Virus record (IMG/VR): IMGVR_UViG_3300007511_001544
Span: 62,001 to 118,568 of that record
Strand: one strand, 5' to 3'
Source of the DNA: an uncultured virus (IMG/VR IMGVR_UViG_3300007511_001544)
Lineage: Duplodnaviria; Heunggongvirae; Uroviricota; Caudoviricetes
Length of the DNA: 56,568 nt
Shown in pieces: positions 45,489 to 54,687 of this stretch. The translations under genes and the position numbers were made by a program. The stretch's first letter is position 1, and the number at the start of each line of letters is the position of its first letter. The notes beneath the pieces are model-generated. The model was not told the DNA's origin. It did no database searches and worked only from the letters and a program-made list of their open reading frames with translations.

Positions 45489-45671
45489 TTATTCCTTTCC
45501 GAGCGTGAGACGAACAAGCTCAGAAGCTGTGTTCTTCAAGGATCGAAGTCCTTTGCGAGCACGAGTGCCGGCAGCTTTGTTGCCAGTGGCGTTCTTTTGA
45601 ACGTCGTCCTCAATAGTTTCCACGAGCGTTTTAAGCTCAGTCCACTTGTTTAGTACATTGCTGTTAGTCAT
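45489..45671 (-). CDS. Histone H1-like (Hc1 family) small protein
   Basis: GNKAAGTRARKGL motif. Confidence 0.75.
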   Translation of the reverse strand: MTNSNVLNKWTELKTLVETIEDDVQKNATGNKAAGTRARKGLRSLKNTASELVRLTLGKE

Positions 45672-45930
45672 TGTTTTCTCCTTCTCTAACAATCAAATCA
45701 ACATCCGTAGTGTCCGTGTCTAGCTCAATCCAGACCCTCGCCCCGCAACTCAGCGGTTTGTGTGGACTGTATATCACCTTAGCAAACTCTACACCATTTT
45801 TGGTCTTTAGTATAGCCTCGTGGGCATATTTGTTTTCTTTATATGTTTTTACCGTTAAAACAGGATCATCTGTTCCATGCTTGGTGTTGGCACGGATCTT
45901 ATGCTGATTAACGTGAATTATCTTTTTCAT
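45664..45930 (-). CDS. Conserved phage hypothetical protein
   Basis: IHVNQH.IR.N ... KPLSCGARVWIE motif. Confidence 0.75.
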   Translation of the reverse strand: MKKIIHVNQHKIRANTKHGTDDPVLTVKTYKENKYAHEAILKTKNGVEFAKVIYSPHKPLSCGARVWIELDTDTTDVDLIVREGENND

Positions 45931-46081
45931 CTAACTTTTTTTCTAAAATAGTTATTCTTTTTTGCAGGTCTTTGATAGCTTGATTGTGTGCCATGGTTAA
46001 CCTATACATCTCTTCGCAGCCCTCATTAAGCGCCTCAAACGCACTAAACAACTGCTTTATAAGTTGAGGGTCGTAACTCAT
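45908..46081 (-). CDS. 57 aa coiled-coil protein (MSYDPQLIK...)
   Basis: Manual translation; AGGA RBS. Confidence 0.55.
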   Translation of the reverse strand: MSYDPQLIKQLFSAFEALNEGCEEMYRLTMAHNQAIKDLQKRITILEKKLDEKDNSR

Positions 46082-46090
46082 TTCTTTTCC

Positions 46091-46405
46091 TTACTCATAG
46101 TTTACATCACGAGGGTCTATTTCGTCAAGGTTTTTTTCATCTAATTCGCTATTATTTATCAAATCGTAGATAGAGAGTTGTTTTTCCTTGGGTTTGTGAT
46201 ACTTCTCGGTTAAAATATAGTGAACCATCGTCGGAGAGCATTTATAAATGTAGTGAGTCTGGCGAGCAAACCATTTGGATATCTCACGCACAGACATCTT
46301 TCCCCTCTGAGAGCGGATCATTTGGATATGCCGTTTGGTCAACTTGTGGTTTTTCTTCTTGGCTCTCGCTCTATCTTTGCGAGGCTTCTTCTTTTGTTCG
46401 CTCAA
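46091..46405 (-). CDS. Basic HTH-like DNA-binding protein
   Basis: KLT...I..IR ... S.REIS ... V.YIL; TTG start after GGAG. Confidence 0.6.
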   Translation of the reverse strand: MSEQKKKPRKDRARAKKKNHKLTKRHIQMIRSQRGKMSVREISKWFARQTHYIYKCSPTMVHYILTEKYHKPKEKQLSIYDLINNSELDEKNLDEIDPRDVNYE

Positions 46406-46424
46406 GTCTGCTCCATAAAATACA

Positions 46425-46447
46425 AAAGGCACCCTTGCGGATGCCTA
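46425..46447 (-). terminator. Rho-independent terminator
   Basis: AGGCATCC-GCAA-GGGTGCCT followed by TTT. Confidence 0.7.
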
Positions 46448-46471
46448 GTGTAACACATGTCGTGAAAGACT

Positions 46472-46960
46472 TTAAGCCAATCTATAGCATGTATACGCCG
46501 AGGCAGATGTTATTCTAATTCTAAACATCCCACTACCAGAGCCACGAATACCAGCAACTAGCTGGCTATCCACAACCATAAGTCCAACGGCAGTTCCGCC
46601 AGTACCCATTACCACGGTGATCTTTTCATCTACCGTCGAAGTAGCCTCATTGACAATTGTAAAATCAAGGCAATCGCCAACTACATAGCCTGGAAGACCA
46701 GCCACCAGCAACGCTGCTGTCGGCAGTGTCCAGTTGGCATTTCCTTCTGGGTCATCAGCCAAAATGCCCGTCTTTAACTGGGTGATGGTGATTGTCTGGT
46801 TGCTAGTTCCTGGCTCTGCGTGAGCCTGGGTAGCCACCATCAAGCTTGGTGCGCCGGATGCTGCATTACCTGAACGAAGCCTTACTGGACTTTCGACATC
46901 AAGACCAGACCCCGTTGATTGTTCCAGACCTCTAGTGTCTGTAATTTTTACCTTTGGCAT
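46472..46960 (-). CDS. Putative virion structural/decoration protein
   Basis: TLPTAA.L, DFTI.N beta-rich pattern; AGGAGG RBS, late-type motif upstream, own terminator. Confidence 0.55.
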   Translation of the reverse strand: MPKVKITDTRGLEQSTGSGLDVESPVRLRSGNAASGAPSLMVATQAHAEPGTSNQTITITQLKTGILADDPEGNANWTLPTAALLVAGLPGYVVGDCLDFTIVNEATSTVDEKITVVMGTGGTAVGLMVVDSQLVAGIRGSGSGMFRIRITSASAYTCYRLA

Positions 46961-47076
46961 AATTATTTCCTCCTATGCTCCACATGCCGATCCCTCCCTG
47001 GTGGTGTCAGGTATATACCCGAGGGTCGCCTAACATTAAATAGGCTGCCGAAATACCAATCTTATTAATACTTTGC

Positions 47077-47385
47077 CTAATTTCTAGTTATTTTTTTTAG
47101 GTATTTGTCTGCTAAAATAGCTTTACAGGAATATATTCCCTCGGGGAACTCAATTTCGTAGATCAGTGGTTGTCCAAGTTTGTTGTTGACAACCTTCCTT
47201 ATTAGTCCGATTTTTTTGTGGAAACACTTATAAACTAATCGATTCCATTCATCTTTGACGTCACCAAAAGACAAGCACTCTTCGAGCGTGTGCCCTTCCG
47301 CAGTGGTCCTATTACAAAGCGTCCATGGGCGTGTACCCTGCTGTTGTTGGACCTCCACTAAATCGCCGGCTTCAAATAGACTCAT
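47077..47385 (-). CDS. SH3-like hypothetical protein
   Basis: FEAGDLVEV. Confidence 0.6.
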   Translation of the reverse strand: MSLFEAGDLVEVQQQQGTRPWTLCNRTTAEGHTLEECLSFGDVKDEWNRLVYKCFHKKIGLIRKVVNNKLGQPLIYEIEFPEGIYSCKAILADKYLKKITRN

Positions 47386-47689
47386 CCGTTGGGTCCGAAG
47401 AAGCCTCAAAGTGGTCGAAAGGTGCCACGTCGTGAACATGTTCGCTCACCATGTTTGCGAACTGGTACAGTTGAGCACCCATCTCCGCCGCTAGGGCAGC
47501 CGTGTCTTGGAGAACTTCCGGATTGAGCACGGCATCGGTTGCCTGCCTCGCTCCGAAATCCACAAGCTCTTCGACCATCATCCGTTGTTGGTGTGATAGC
47601 TCATAAAATCCACGGGGTAGTTCCAAAGAAGTTTTGATACTTTCACTCAGTTCTTCCTCGTAGATTTGTTGATAATTGTAATTTGCCAT
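47372..47689 (-). CDS. Hypothetical protein
   Basis: AGGAG RBS. Confidence 0.65.
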   Translation of the reverse strand: MANYNYQQIYEEELSESIKTSLELPRGFYELSHQQRMMVEELVDFGARQATDAVLNPEVLQDTAALAAEMGAQLYQFANMVSEHVHDVAPFDHFEASSDPTDESI

Positions 47690-47719
47690 TGTTGGCTCCT
47701 TTCGTGGATTAATATTACA

Positions 47720-47971
47720 CTATTTTTTTGTTTCGTTTAAGTTGTAAGGTATAAATTCTGCTGCGCTGCACCACCACGAATCGTGTCTGCCTAAAAAGTT
47801 GACATTCCAATGGTACCCGTCTTCATGGCGTTGGACTAAAACGCCAACAGTGCCTTCTTTTATAATCTCTGCTTCAAACATTGGATCGGTCGAAGACGAA
47901 TATATGTTTTTGGCTGCTTGGATAAGCGCACCCGGATAATAACAGGCTGCTTCTTTCGTTTTAGTCGGCAC
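47720..47971 (-). CDS. Hypothetical protein
   Basis: GTG start overlapping the upstream gene end. Confidence 0.5.
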   Translation of the reverse strand: MPTKTKEAACYYPGALIQAAKNIYSSSTDPMFEAEIIKEGTVGVLVQRHEDGYHWNVNFLGRHDSWWCSAAEFIPYNLNETKK

Positions 47972-48428
47972 TTGAGTCACTCGGTTTTTGCAGCAGTTCG
48001 TATAACCTTTGCGGAGACAGATCTGCGTATGCGTACACATCGTCAACCACACATATAATTCTCAGGGCGTATGCAATCCACTCGGAGCAATACCAGCGCC
48101 CGATGCGTTTGACGTGAAACGGAGTGAACTGTGATAGTAGCATTCCGATCCAGTCATATCCATCGCCCTTGGTTTTGTTGTAAAAGTTAAGCAGCCTTTT
48201 GTATTGGTTCTCATCGACGTCGATCTCTACAGTGTCCCACAACTCTTTGTCGCTAAAGTCTATTTCTGTCTGCTGTCTCACGCCCTTTAGTTCTACGGGT
48301 GAAATGCTTAGGGAACGGTTGTCGGGTAATACTAGCTCTGCGTGCGAATAGTTGCTCTTTGTCCACCATTTCACCATTTTGAGGTGCCATGTAGTTTCCT
48401 CTTTACAAAATGCAACTCGTATTTTCAC
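47961..48428 (-). CDS. Permuted papain-like (NlpC/P60) amidase
   Basis: YSHAEL ... YD ... WYCSEWIA ... SP. Confidence 0.75.
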   Translation of the reverse strand: MKIRVAFCKEETTWHLKMVKWWTKSNYSHAELVLPDNRSLSISPVELKGVRQQTEIDFSDKELWDTVEIDVDENQYKRLLNFYNKTKGDGYDWIGMLLSQFTPFHVKRIGRWYCSEWIAYALRIICVVDDVYAYADLSPQRLYELLQKPSDSSAD

Positions 48429-48494
48429 TTTCCTGCCTGCTTGTTAAAGGGTCTAATTTTAACTATGTTGTGAAAAAAAATTTGGCGAGCTTCG

Positions 48495-48707
48495 CTACTC
48501 TTTTGCTGAAATATTATTCGTTTCCCCCGAAAAAGTCTCCACTTTCCTCAAGGCGTTGCAATGAATCATTTCGGGCTTGTCAAATAAAACTTTATACCAT
48601 TTGAGGGCAGACGAGTGTGGCTCCTCTAGGATAACACCAAGCCGCTCGGGAACATCGCCCGCCATTAGCGGAACACACTCTTTAACGAGATCTCCAACTT
48701 TTAACAT
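48495..48707 (-). CDS. Small SH3-like hypothetical protein
   Basis: LKVGDLV...GVIL. Confidence 0.6.
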   Translation of the reverse strand: MLKVGDLVKECVPLMAGDVPERLGVILEEPHSSALKWYKVLFDKPEMIHCNALRKVETFSGETNNISAKE

Positions 48708-48708
48708 G

Positions 48709-48927
48709 TTAATTTTGACCCATCACAAGATAACAGGCCACAAAACCGAACAAGAAATATAAAGGTTGCATCATCAAGTAAAGATTGGCCCTCTTGTGCC
48801 AGTATCCCGCAGCAATCAGAACATTGGAAACAAACTTCATCAACGCAGGGTCTTCGCCGCATCTTCTCAACATCACTCGAATATCATCAAGTTCATACTC
48901 TTTAGGAATTGGGGACTTATCGAACAT
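48709..48927 (-). CDS. Small membrane protein
   Basis: ATG 48927; C-terminal TM helix. Confidence 0.55.
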   Translation of the reverse strand: MFDKSPIPKEYELDDIRVMLRRCGEDPALMKFVSNVLIAAGYWHKRANLYLMMQPLYFLFGFVACYLVMGQN

Positions 48928-49318
48928 CAAACTCTTTCCTTGTCTTTTTCTTTTTGAGCCAGGTGGGATTCCTAACCTTGGCTTTGCCTTTGACGATCTT
49001 GAGATGCTTGGCAACAGCAGGAACGTCAAAGTGACCGACCCTAAAAACTCCCTCATCATCGCCGATGGCATGTTCTTCACACCCCATGCTTATCAACCTC
49101 TTCTTGAGGAAGGTGAATTGATTCTTGGTGTCTCGGCGGACGTATAACAACATCATGTCTTTTTCGAAGAAGCAAGACAGTTGATCGTCTTTAAACTTTC
49201 CTATCGCCGTAGCAATAGGTAGCCCATCAGCCGACTCTTTTAATCTAAGTCTGTTCTTACGGCAAAACCTCTTAAACTCTTTAATTCTTCTTAGTTGTTC
49301 TTCTTCAGAGATAATCAA
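48917..49318 (-). CDS. Basic hypothetical protein
   Basis: AGGAG RBS; promoter TTTACG-N17-TATAAT at 49351-49379. Confidence 0.65.
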   Translation of the reverse strand: MIISEEEQLRRIKEFKRFCRKNRLRLKESADGLPIATAIGKFKDDQLSCFFEKDMMLLYVRRDTKNQFTFLKKRLISMGCEEHAIGDDEGVFRVGHFDVPAVAKHLKIVKGKAKVRNPTWLKKKKTRKEFDVR

Positions 49319-49367
49319 GGTTTCTCCTTTCCTTGTTTTTGTTGCTATTCATTATACCACACGAGAG

Positions 49368-49835
49368 TTACCTCGTAAACATGTCTGCTATGTCAGCCGC
49401 CCAGGCATCAGGCTTTACTCTCACCGGAAAGCCCATCCCTGTGACCATTCCCACTATGACGTTAAGCATTCTATAACTCAAGGCTGATTCCTTGGTGTTT
49501 ACGTCTGCATGAACCGTGGGCAATTCGCCAGTAACACTTTGAACCAGGCGGGCGGCCTCCAACGAAACAAGGGTTTCGTGTAAAAGTCTTTCGGTAATAT
49601 TATTAAAGTTATCTATTTTATTTCGCTGGTATGCTACCAAAGCGCCGTGTCCACTCTCTCGGAAACAAATCGTTGTAGTAATAATCGTATGGTCAAGGTA
49701 GGACTTGCTATCCGTTCCAACGTGAAATGTAAATCGCTCGGCATCAAATCGCCTCTTAATCCGAATGCGAATATCGGCGATAGCTTCGCCGCCTAACGAA
49801 ACCCAACCATCATCAGTTAAATGGACCAATATCAA
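49368..49835 (-). CDS. RNase H-like YkuK (DUF458) family protein
   Basis: VGTDS, RLL.E...S, VHADVN, KPDAWA...AD. Confidence 0.8.
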   Translation of the reverse strand: MILVHLTDDGWVSLGGEAIADIRIRIKRRFDAERFTFHVGTDSKSYLDHTIITTTICFRESGHGALVAYQRNKIDNFNNITERLLHETLVSLEAARLVQSVTGELPTVHADVNTKESALSYRMLNVIVGMVTGMGFPVRVKPDAWAADIADMFTR

Positions 49836-50038
49836 TTTCCTTCAGAGTGTCCCGTATCATAATAGCAGCAATAACGCCAAGGAAAGCAAAACCGGCAGCA
49901 GCGGCTATAGTGCATGAAGCAAAGTCTCTAACCATTTTTAGACTCCTAGTTTTTGTTTGATCTTATCCGTTGCCAAAATGGTCAAATAGATCGGATAATA
50001 AGCAGCAACCACTACTCCCGTATAGAACCTAAACCACA

Positions 50039-50278
50039 TTAACTGTATTTTATCCGTAGTCCACCACGGTGATAGTTCGTAAATATGCCAGTCTCAAGAA
50101 CCTTTCTAAGCTCCTCTGCTGTTTCTTCAGCCGTCATGTCGTTTCGTCCGGCAAAATCTTCTACCATTCGAATCGCTTCTGGGCTACATGCTACCGTAAA
50201 ACTCAGGGTGTGAGTCAGCCTTGAGTGGCGAATATCCCCAATATCAACTATGTTCTTATTTTTTGTCGTTTTTTTCAC
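50039..50278 (-). CDS. Hypothetical protein
   Basis: GTG start after AGGAG. Confidence 0.55.
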   Translation of the reverse strand: MKKTTKNKNIVDIGDIRHSRLTHTLSFTVACSPEAIRMVEDFAGRNDMTAEETAEELRKVLETGIFTNYHRGGLRIKYS

Positions 50279-50444
50279 CTTGGTTGTTCTCCTTGTAAAA
50301 GTGCATAAGCTCGCTATATCGCATAACGTAATAAAAAAGCGCAGCGACGTACCCAAAGGTAAATCCGGTCACTACTTCATAATATACGTCGTGAAAAATA
50401 CACGCAACTAGAAAAAATATAGCAAACCTATAACCATGCAGCAT
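50256..50444 (-). CDS. Small two-TM membrane protein
   Basis: Hydrophobic; TAATG coupling. Confidence 0.55.
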   Translation of the reverse strand: MLHGYRFAIFFLVACIFHDVYYEVVTGFTFGYVAALFYYVMRYSELMHFYKENNQGEKNDKK

Positions 50445-50758
50445 TAATTAATCTCCAAATCAATACCACATGATGTTCTTATTTTCTCAACAGATGAAGT
50501 AGCTAAATCTGAATAAAAGCCAAGCGAAGTTAACTGCTCTTCCGACAGGTATAATAACTTGCCGTCATCTGAAACCTGATTTTTAGCTAGGCTCTTGGTC
50601 ATATAATCCAATTGTGTCGAAAGGGCTGTGACAGCAAGGCAAAAATCTCCGATATTTCGAATAACAAACTGATCATAAGGGTTCTTTAGAAAGTCTTCTA
50701 AGTAATCTAAATCTCTCTGGGCGGCTTCGATGCCCGCAAAAAAGGTTTTAAACTTCAT
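50444..50758 (-). CDS. Hypothetical protein
   Basis: ATG 50758 downstream of the clpP stop. Confidence 0.6.
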   Translation of the reverse strand: MKFKTFFAGIEAAQRDLDYLEDFLKNPYDQFVIRNIGDFCLAVTALSTQLDYMTKSLAKNQVSDDGKLLYLSEEQLTSLGFYSDLATSSVEKIRTSCGIDLEIN

Positions 50759-50774
50759 TGCATAGACTGATCGG

Positions 50775-51377
50775 TCACTCAAAATCAATTTCAACCCCAA
50801 TCTTGAGAGACAATTTAGGTAAGCGCAAATGGTTAACGAGCCCGTGTTTCTTGGCTTCGGCGGCATCCATGAACCAATCAGCGTGTTTCTTGTTGAAAAC
50901 TTTTTTCTTAAAGTAATCATCTTTCTTACCGCAGTTACGAGCCATCATAGTGAAAATCTTTTCGTCGAGGCGCTCGGCTTCTGCCACGTCTGCTTTAAGT
51001 TCTTCGATCTTTCCCCAGCCTCCGCTGCTCACATCGTGAATCATAACAGTGGCGTTAGGGTCGGCGAATCTCATTCCCTGCTCTCCAAAGGTCAGAAGTA
51101 CCGCACCGCAGGACATTGCCTTACCCTCAACAATGGTAGCAACCGGAAGTTCGGCAGATTCAATAGCTGCAATCATAGACATAAGAGCGTAAACCTGCCC
51201 CCCATACGAATCAATGACTATCGGAATTACCTTTTGCCCTGTGTTGTGAGCCTGCGCCATCTCGTGGTGAAACTTTTTTGCAGAATCTTCTGTAAACTTG
51301 TTGACCCTCACAATGATTGGGGGCTTCCTTAGCTCTACATCTTTCACCAGTGGCGAAATAGTCGAAGTCCATATCAT
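50775..51377 (-). CDS. clpP: ClpP-family serine protease
   Basis: IDSYGG, AMSCG (Ser), MIHD (His), DWFM.A.EA..GL (Asp). Confidence 0.88.
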   Translation of the reverse strand: MIWTSTISPLVKDVELRKPPIIVRVNKFTEDSAKKFHHEMAQAHNTGQKVIPIVIDSYGGQVYALMSMIAAIESAELPVATIVEGKAMSCGAVLLTFGEQGMRFADPNATVMIHDVSSGGWGKIEELKADVAEAERLDEKIFTMMARNCGKKDDYFKKKVFNKKHADWFMDAAEAKKHGLVNHLRLPKLSLKIGVEIDFE

Positions 51378-51382
51378 ATGCT

Positions 51383-51640
51383 TTACCCCTTCAGCAGTTG
51401 CTTTCCAGTATCTAGGTACTCTTTTAAATCGGTATAGCCGCCGATAAACTTTTCTTGACCTTCGGTGATTTCTACAACTACTGGTACGGTATTCCAGTTG
51501 TATGTGTTCTGTATCTCATTCAATAGATCAGGCTGCTGATCCAAAGCATAGCACTCGAATTCTTTTTGATGATCTGCCAATAACCTTACCGCCATATGAC
51601 AATAAGGACAGCTAGTCTTTGTGTATAATCTAAACTTCAT
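51383..51640 (-). CDS. Glutaredoxin
   Basis: CPYC, TVP, IGGYTDL. Confidence 0.92.
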   Translation of the reverse strand: MKFRLYTKTSCPYCHMAVRLLADHQKEFECYALDQQPDLLNEIQNTYNWNTVPVVVEITEGQEKFIGGYTDLKEYLDTGKQLLKG

Positions 51641-52412
51641 TTACAACCTCCATTTGAATTGGGTGTACCCTTTCATAAGTAGTATCTCCGAACCTAACTC
51701 GGTAAAACTCTCTTCCTGAATAGTCGCTGTTGTCGGGAAAACTTCCAATAATAATACCATACGGGTGCTCGGCAGTTAGTTTTAGTTTATCTTTGTCATT
51801 CTTCGGGGTAGAACGCATGGTGTTCGCTCGCTGAGGGTAAAAATACCCAAGACGAGGGGCAACTAATGTCCCTGGCTTATAAGGGTTATCTCTGTTAATG
51901 AGATCTTGAAAATCTTGGCGGTCGAGGTCACTCTCCTTGAGCATCATATTAAAAGTATTTTTATAGGCAAACACCGATGAGAAGGCAGTAAATGTTTTTT
52001 CCTTTTCTCGAAAATACCTATTGTTGTTTATGAAAATCTTTGACGGGACACAAAGGACATTATTTTCTGATACCAGAAATCTTTTCTTACCTTTGTCAAC
52101 AGTAAAAGAAATTTGACGCAGACCTTCTTTGCCTTGTCCTTCGTATCTTATATTTTTGCACCAGATGAACCTTCCTTTGCGGACCAAGGTTTTATTGTCT
52201 GGATTCTTCAGAACATCCTTGAGAAACACCAAACGAAAAGCGGCTTTATCTGATGACGCAGCGTAGTTGTAGCGGCGTGAAGCCATCTCTTCATAAAAAG
52301 GATTCAATTTTCGGGAAAGGCCGCCGAGCCTGGGGAGCCCATGAGTCCTGTTCCCAACATCCTTCAAGGTGCAGTGATAGTCCCATAGTTCGCCCCAAGT
52401 TGGCAGGCTCAT
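51630..52412 (-). CDS. Hypothetical protein
   Basis: 260 aa coupled ORF with an SH3-like C-terminus. Confidence 0.7.
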   Translation of the reverse strand: MSLPTWGELWDYHCTLKDVGNRTHGLPRLGGLSRKLNPFYEEMASRRYNYAASSDKAAFRLVFLKDVLKNPDNKTLVRKGRFIWCKNIRYEGQGKEGLRQISFTVDKGKKRFLVSENNVLCVPSKIFINNNRYFREKEKTFTAFSSVFAYKNTFNMMLKESDLDRQDFQDLINRDNPYKPGTLVAPRLGYFYPQRANTMRSTPKNDKDKLKLTAEHPYGIIIGSFPDNSDYSGREFYRVRFGDTTYERVHPIQMEVVNEV

Positions 52413-52720
52413 GAGTCATTTTCCTGCAACAGCCGACAAAACTTTTGAAAAGACCCAACCACGACAATTTCAGATGAGCGAAAAGAATTGCCATCTAGCA
52501 CGAAGGTACAGAACTTTGTCCCTTCGGGAAATCTACCCTCCAACCTACTATGATCCACAGAAGTTGTAAATTCATGAGGGTGGATAGAAACAACATATTC
52601 CGTGTTTAGTAAACACTCTCGTGTGTCATAAATCTTTTCAAAACTAACAAACTCAGAGCCGTCGGGGCGCTCCTTAAATGTTTTAACTTGTTTTTCATAT
52701 ACTTCTGAAACTTTAAGCAC
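52409..52720 (-). CDS. Hypothetical protein
   Basis: Coupled ORF. Confidence 0.65.
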   Translation of the reverse strand: MLKVSEVYEKQVKTFKERPDGSEFVSFEKIYDTRECLLNTEYVVSIHPHEFTTSVDHSRLEGRFPEGTKFCTFVLDGNSFRSSEIVVVGSFQKFCRLLQENDS

Positions 52721-52940
52721 GGGACATTACCTCCATTGTATCAATTGTTCGCACAAGCCAATCGTCTCCTTTGACGTGAACCTTGTGATAAATGTTTTCG
52801 TTATTAAAATTAGGTTCTACCATTACAGCCATACTAGGCTCAGATAATCTTATCCAATCAACAGGTGCCGATGGGTCCCCAGTGTCAAGGAGTGTAATAT
52901 CCGAAGGCAGATATACTAGGTCACCCTTCTTGAGGTTCAT
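52713..52940 (-). CDS. Small SH3-like hypothetical protein
   Basis: LKKGDLV. Confidence 0.6.
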   Translation of the reverse strand: MNLKKGDLVYLPSDITLLDTGDPSAPVDWIRLSEPSMAVMVEPNFNNENIYHKVHVKGDDWLVRTIDTMEVMSRA

Positions 52941-53448
52941 GTTCTTCTCCTAGGGAGGAATCTTCCGCCCCCTTAATAAAATTAGCAAACCTCCTCATTT
53001 GGGTAACCGTATCCTTTAACCCCTTCAATTGAGAGGGGTCAAACTCGCTAGGGTCGAACACTGGCTCCGCTGCGGGAATGTCGTTTGGATCCATGGTAGA
53101 CATATTACTCAGAGCTTCTTCGACTCCTTGAACATTTCTCTTCGTCTCTTCGATAGTTTCTCTGATATTACCAAGATTCTCAAGAGATTCTTGCGCTGGT
53201 TGTGGTAGCATTGTCTCAAACCGAGCACGCTCAAATCCAAGCATCATGTCTCGGTACTGCTCCAGTTGATTCGCTACGGTATAAATATGATTCAGAGCTT
53301 CGGACACGCCCTCCACGATGCGGTCGGCAGTTGCCTTCTCCAGGCAGATGAAAGCGTCCTGAAGAGCATTGGACTCCTCCAAAACCAAAGAGCGCATAAT
53401 GTCGTTTACCCTGGACACATCCGCCTCAAAACTAATTGTTGCTCGCAT
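52921..53448 (-). CDS. Helical hypothetical protein
   Basis: AGGAGG RBS. Confidence 0.7.
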   Translation of the reverse strand: MRATISFEADVSRVNDIMRSLVLEESNALQDAFICLEKATADRIVEGVSEALNHIYTVANQLEQYRDMMLGFERARFETMLPQPAQESLENLGNIRETIEETKRNVQGVEEALSNMSTMDPNDIPAAEPVFDPSEFDPSQLKGLKDTVTQMRRFANFIKGAEDSSLGEEHEPQEG

Positions 53449-53500
53449 ATACGAAATCCTCCTTAATAGGATTATGTCTCATTATTGAGATTTTGTTAAG

Positions 53501-54136
53501 TTATTTCTTTTTCTTCTTCGCCGCCTTCAAGCAACGGTCTTGGAGCTTGACGTGCTCGCCATTTACAAGGATGGTTGAGGAGGCGTAGAGCCCGACGGGG
53601 TGGTTAGCAACCACCAGACCAACCTGATCGTGAAGGTCACGACGCTGGACCAAGTTGTAGTTGGCACGCACCTTACAGAGCGAACCGACAGGGAAGGCAG
53701 GCGCTTCAACCGCAGCAGCGATGGCCTTCTTGGCATACTTGTTTTTGGTGAGAGCGTTAAACTGCTTTTCGGTGGGAACGAAGTCCTCATCCAAAAGAAC
53801 CTTGGTAGCAAGGTCACGGAAGTAAGTGGTGGTGCGGTAGTATTGAGCGCAGATCTGAGCGAGGGGGCGATGGTTTGCTTTGTAGTTTGCTTCCCACTCG
53901 TTGCGGGCGACGATAGCCTCGTCGGAGTACCGCTCTTCCATACGCTCAAGGCACTCGACTTGCTTGACGGACAACTTGCCGCCATCCTCAAACTGACGCT
54001 TGAGAGACTCAGCAAACTTGCGGTCACGCTCCGACAACTCTTTGGACATCAGGGACTCAAAGCGGGCTGCCCCGTTTGTGAGTTCCACTCGTTCAGCCCG
54101 TTGAGGGCGAGGATACATTTGATGCCAATAACCCAT
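53501..54136 (-). CDS. Early hypothetical protein (F..SL..Q...G.LS.KQ motif, SH3-like C-terminus)
   Basis: Own promoter and RBS; GC-richer codons. Confidence 0.75.
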   Translation of the reverse strand: MGYWHQMYPRPQRAERVELTNGAARFESLMSKELSERDRKFAESLKRQFEDGGKLSVKQVECLERMEERYSDEAIVARNEWEANYKANHRPLAQICAQYYRTTTYFRDLATKVLLDEDFVPTEKQFNALTKNKYAKKAIAAAVEAPAFPVGSLCKVRANYNLVQRRDLHDQVGLVVANHPVGLYASSTILVNGEHVKLQDRCLKAAKKKKK

Positions 54137-54158
54137 TACCTGTCTCCCTTACATATGT

Positions 54159-54186
54159 ATATTAGCATACATCTAGGGTAGGTCAA
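54159..54186 (-). promoter_or_regulatory. Early sigma70-like promoter
   Basis: TTGACC-N16-TAATAT with extended -10 TG. Confidence 0.8.
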
Positions 54187-54193
54187 GTTTTAT

Positions 54194-54553
54194 TTATACT
54201 TTATATTTTTTTATCCACAAAAAACGTGGACGAGTTGCGAGGTAATCAGGATCATCAGCCATTTCATAGGCTTCCTGTTCTGCTCTGATTCTTCTATAGG
54301 CCTCTGCTCCGTCTCGATATTTGATATAACCATGAAGGTAATCCCACAAATACAAAGCGACCATGCCAATAACACCTGTCTCTAAAAATTGTTGGAAGTG
54401 TATTGTCTCGTGGCGCTTCGTAACCTCTCCCAACTCTCCTTTACAAAAGACCAAAAAGAATAAAGTAATAGCCCATATCTGAATGGGGGCAAAATAAGAG
54501 AGAACAACAGGAACTTTGCTGTTCTCAATAAAAAAAGGTTTCCAGTTTTTCAT
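54194..54553 (-). CDS. Membrane protein with HExxH (HETIH..Q..E; E.EAY)
   Basis: ATG 54553 after GGAG. Confidence 0.65.
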   Translation of the reverse strand: MKNWKPFFIENSKVPVVLSYFAPIQIWAITLFFLVFCKGELGEVTKRHETIHFQQFLETGVIGMVALYLWDYLHGYIKYRDGAEAYRRIRAEQEAYEMADDPDYLATRPRFLWIKKYKV

Positions 54554-54554
54554 T

Positions 54555-54686
54555 TTATTCTCCCCAATCTTCCCACAACATCCGATTTTTAGATAGATTT
54601 TCTTTTTGCTTCTCGCATTTCTTCCAGCGATTGCGATAATAGATCGCTCCACCTAAGCATACGACAGCGACAAACAAAGTAAACAT
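54555..54686 (-). CDS. 43 aa membrane micro-protein (MFTLFVAVVCLGG...)
   Basis: Manual translation; fills the gap. Confidence 0.5.
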   Translation of the reverse strand: MFTLFVAVVCLGGAIYYRNRWKKCEKQKENLSKNRMLWEDWGE

Positions 54687-54687
54687 C

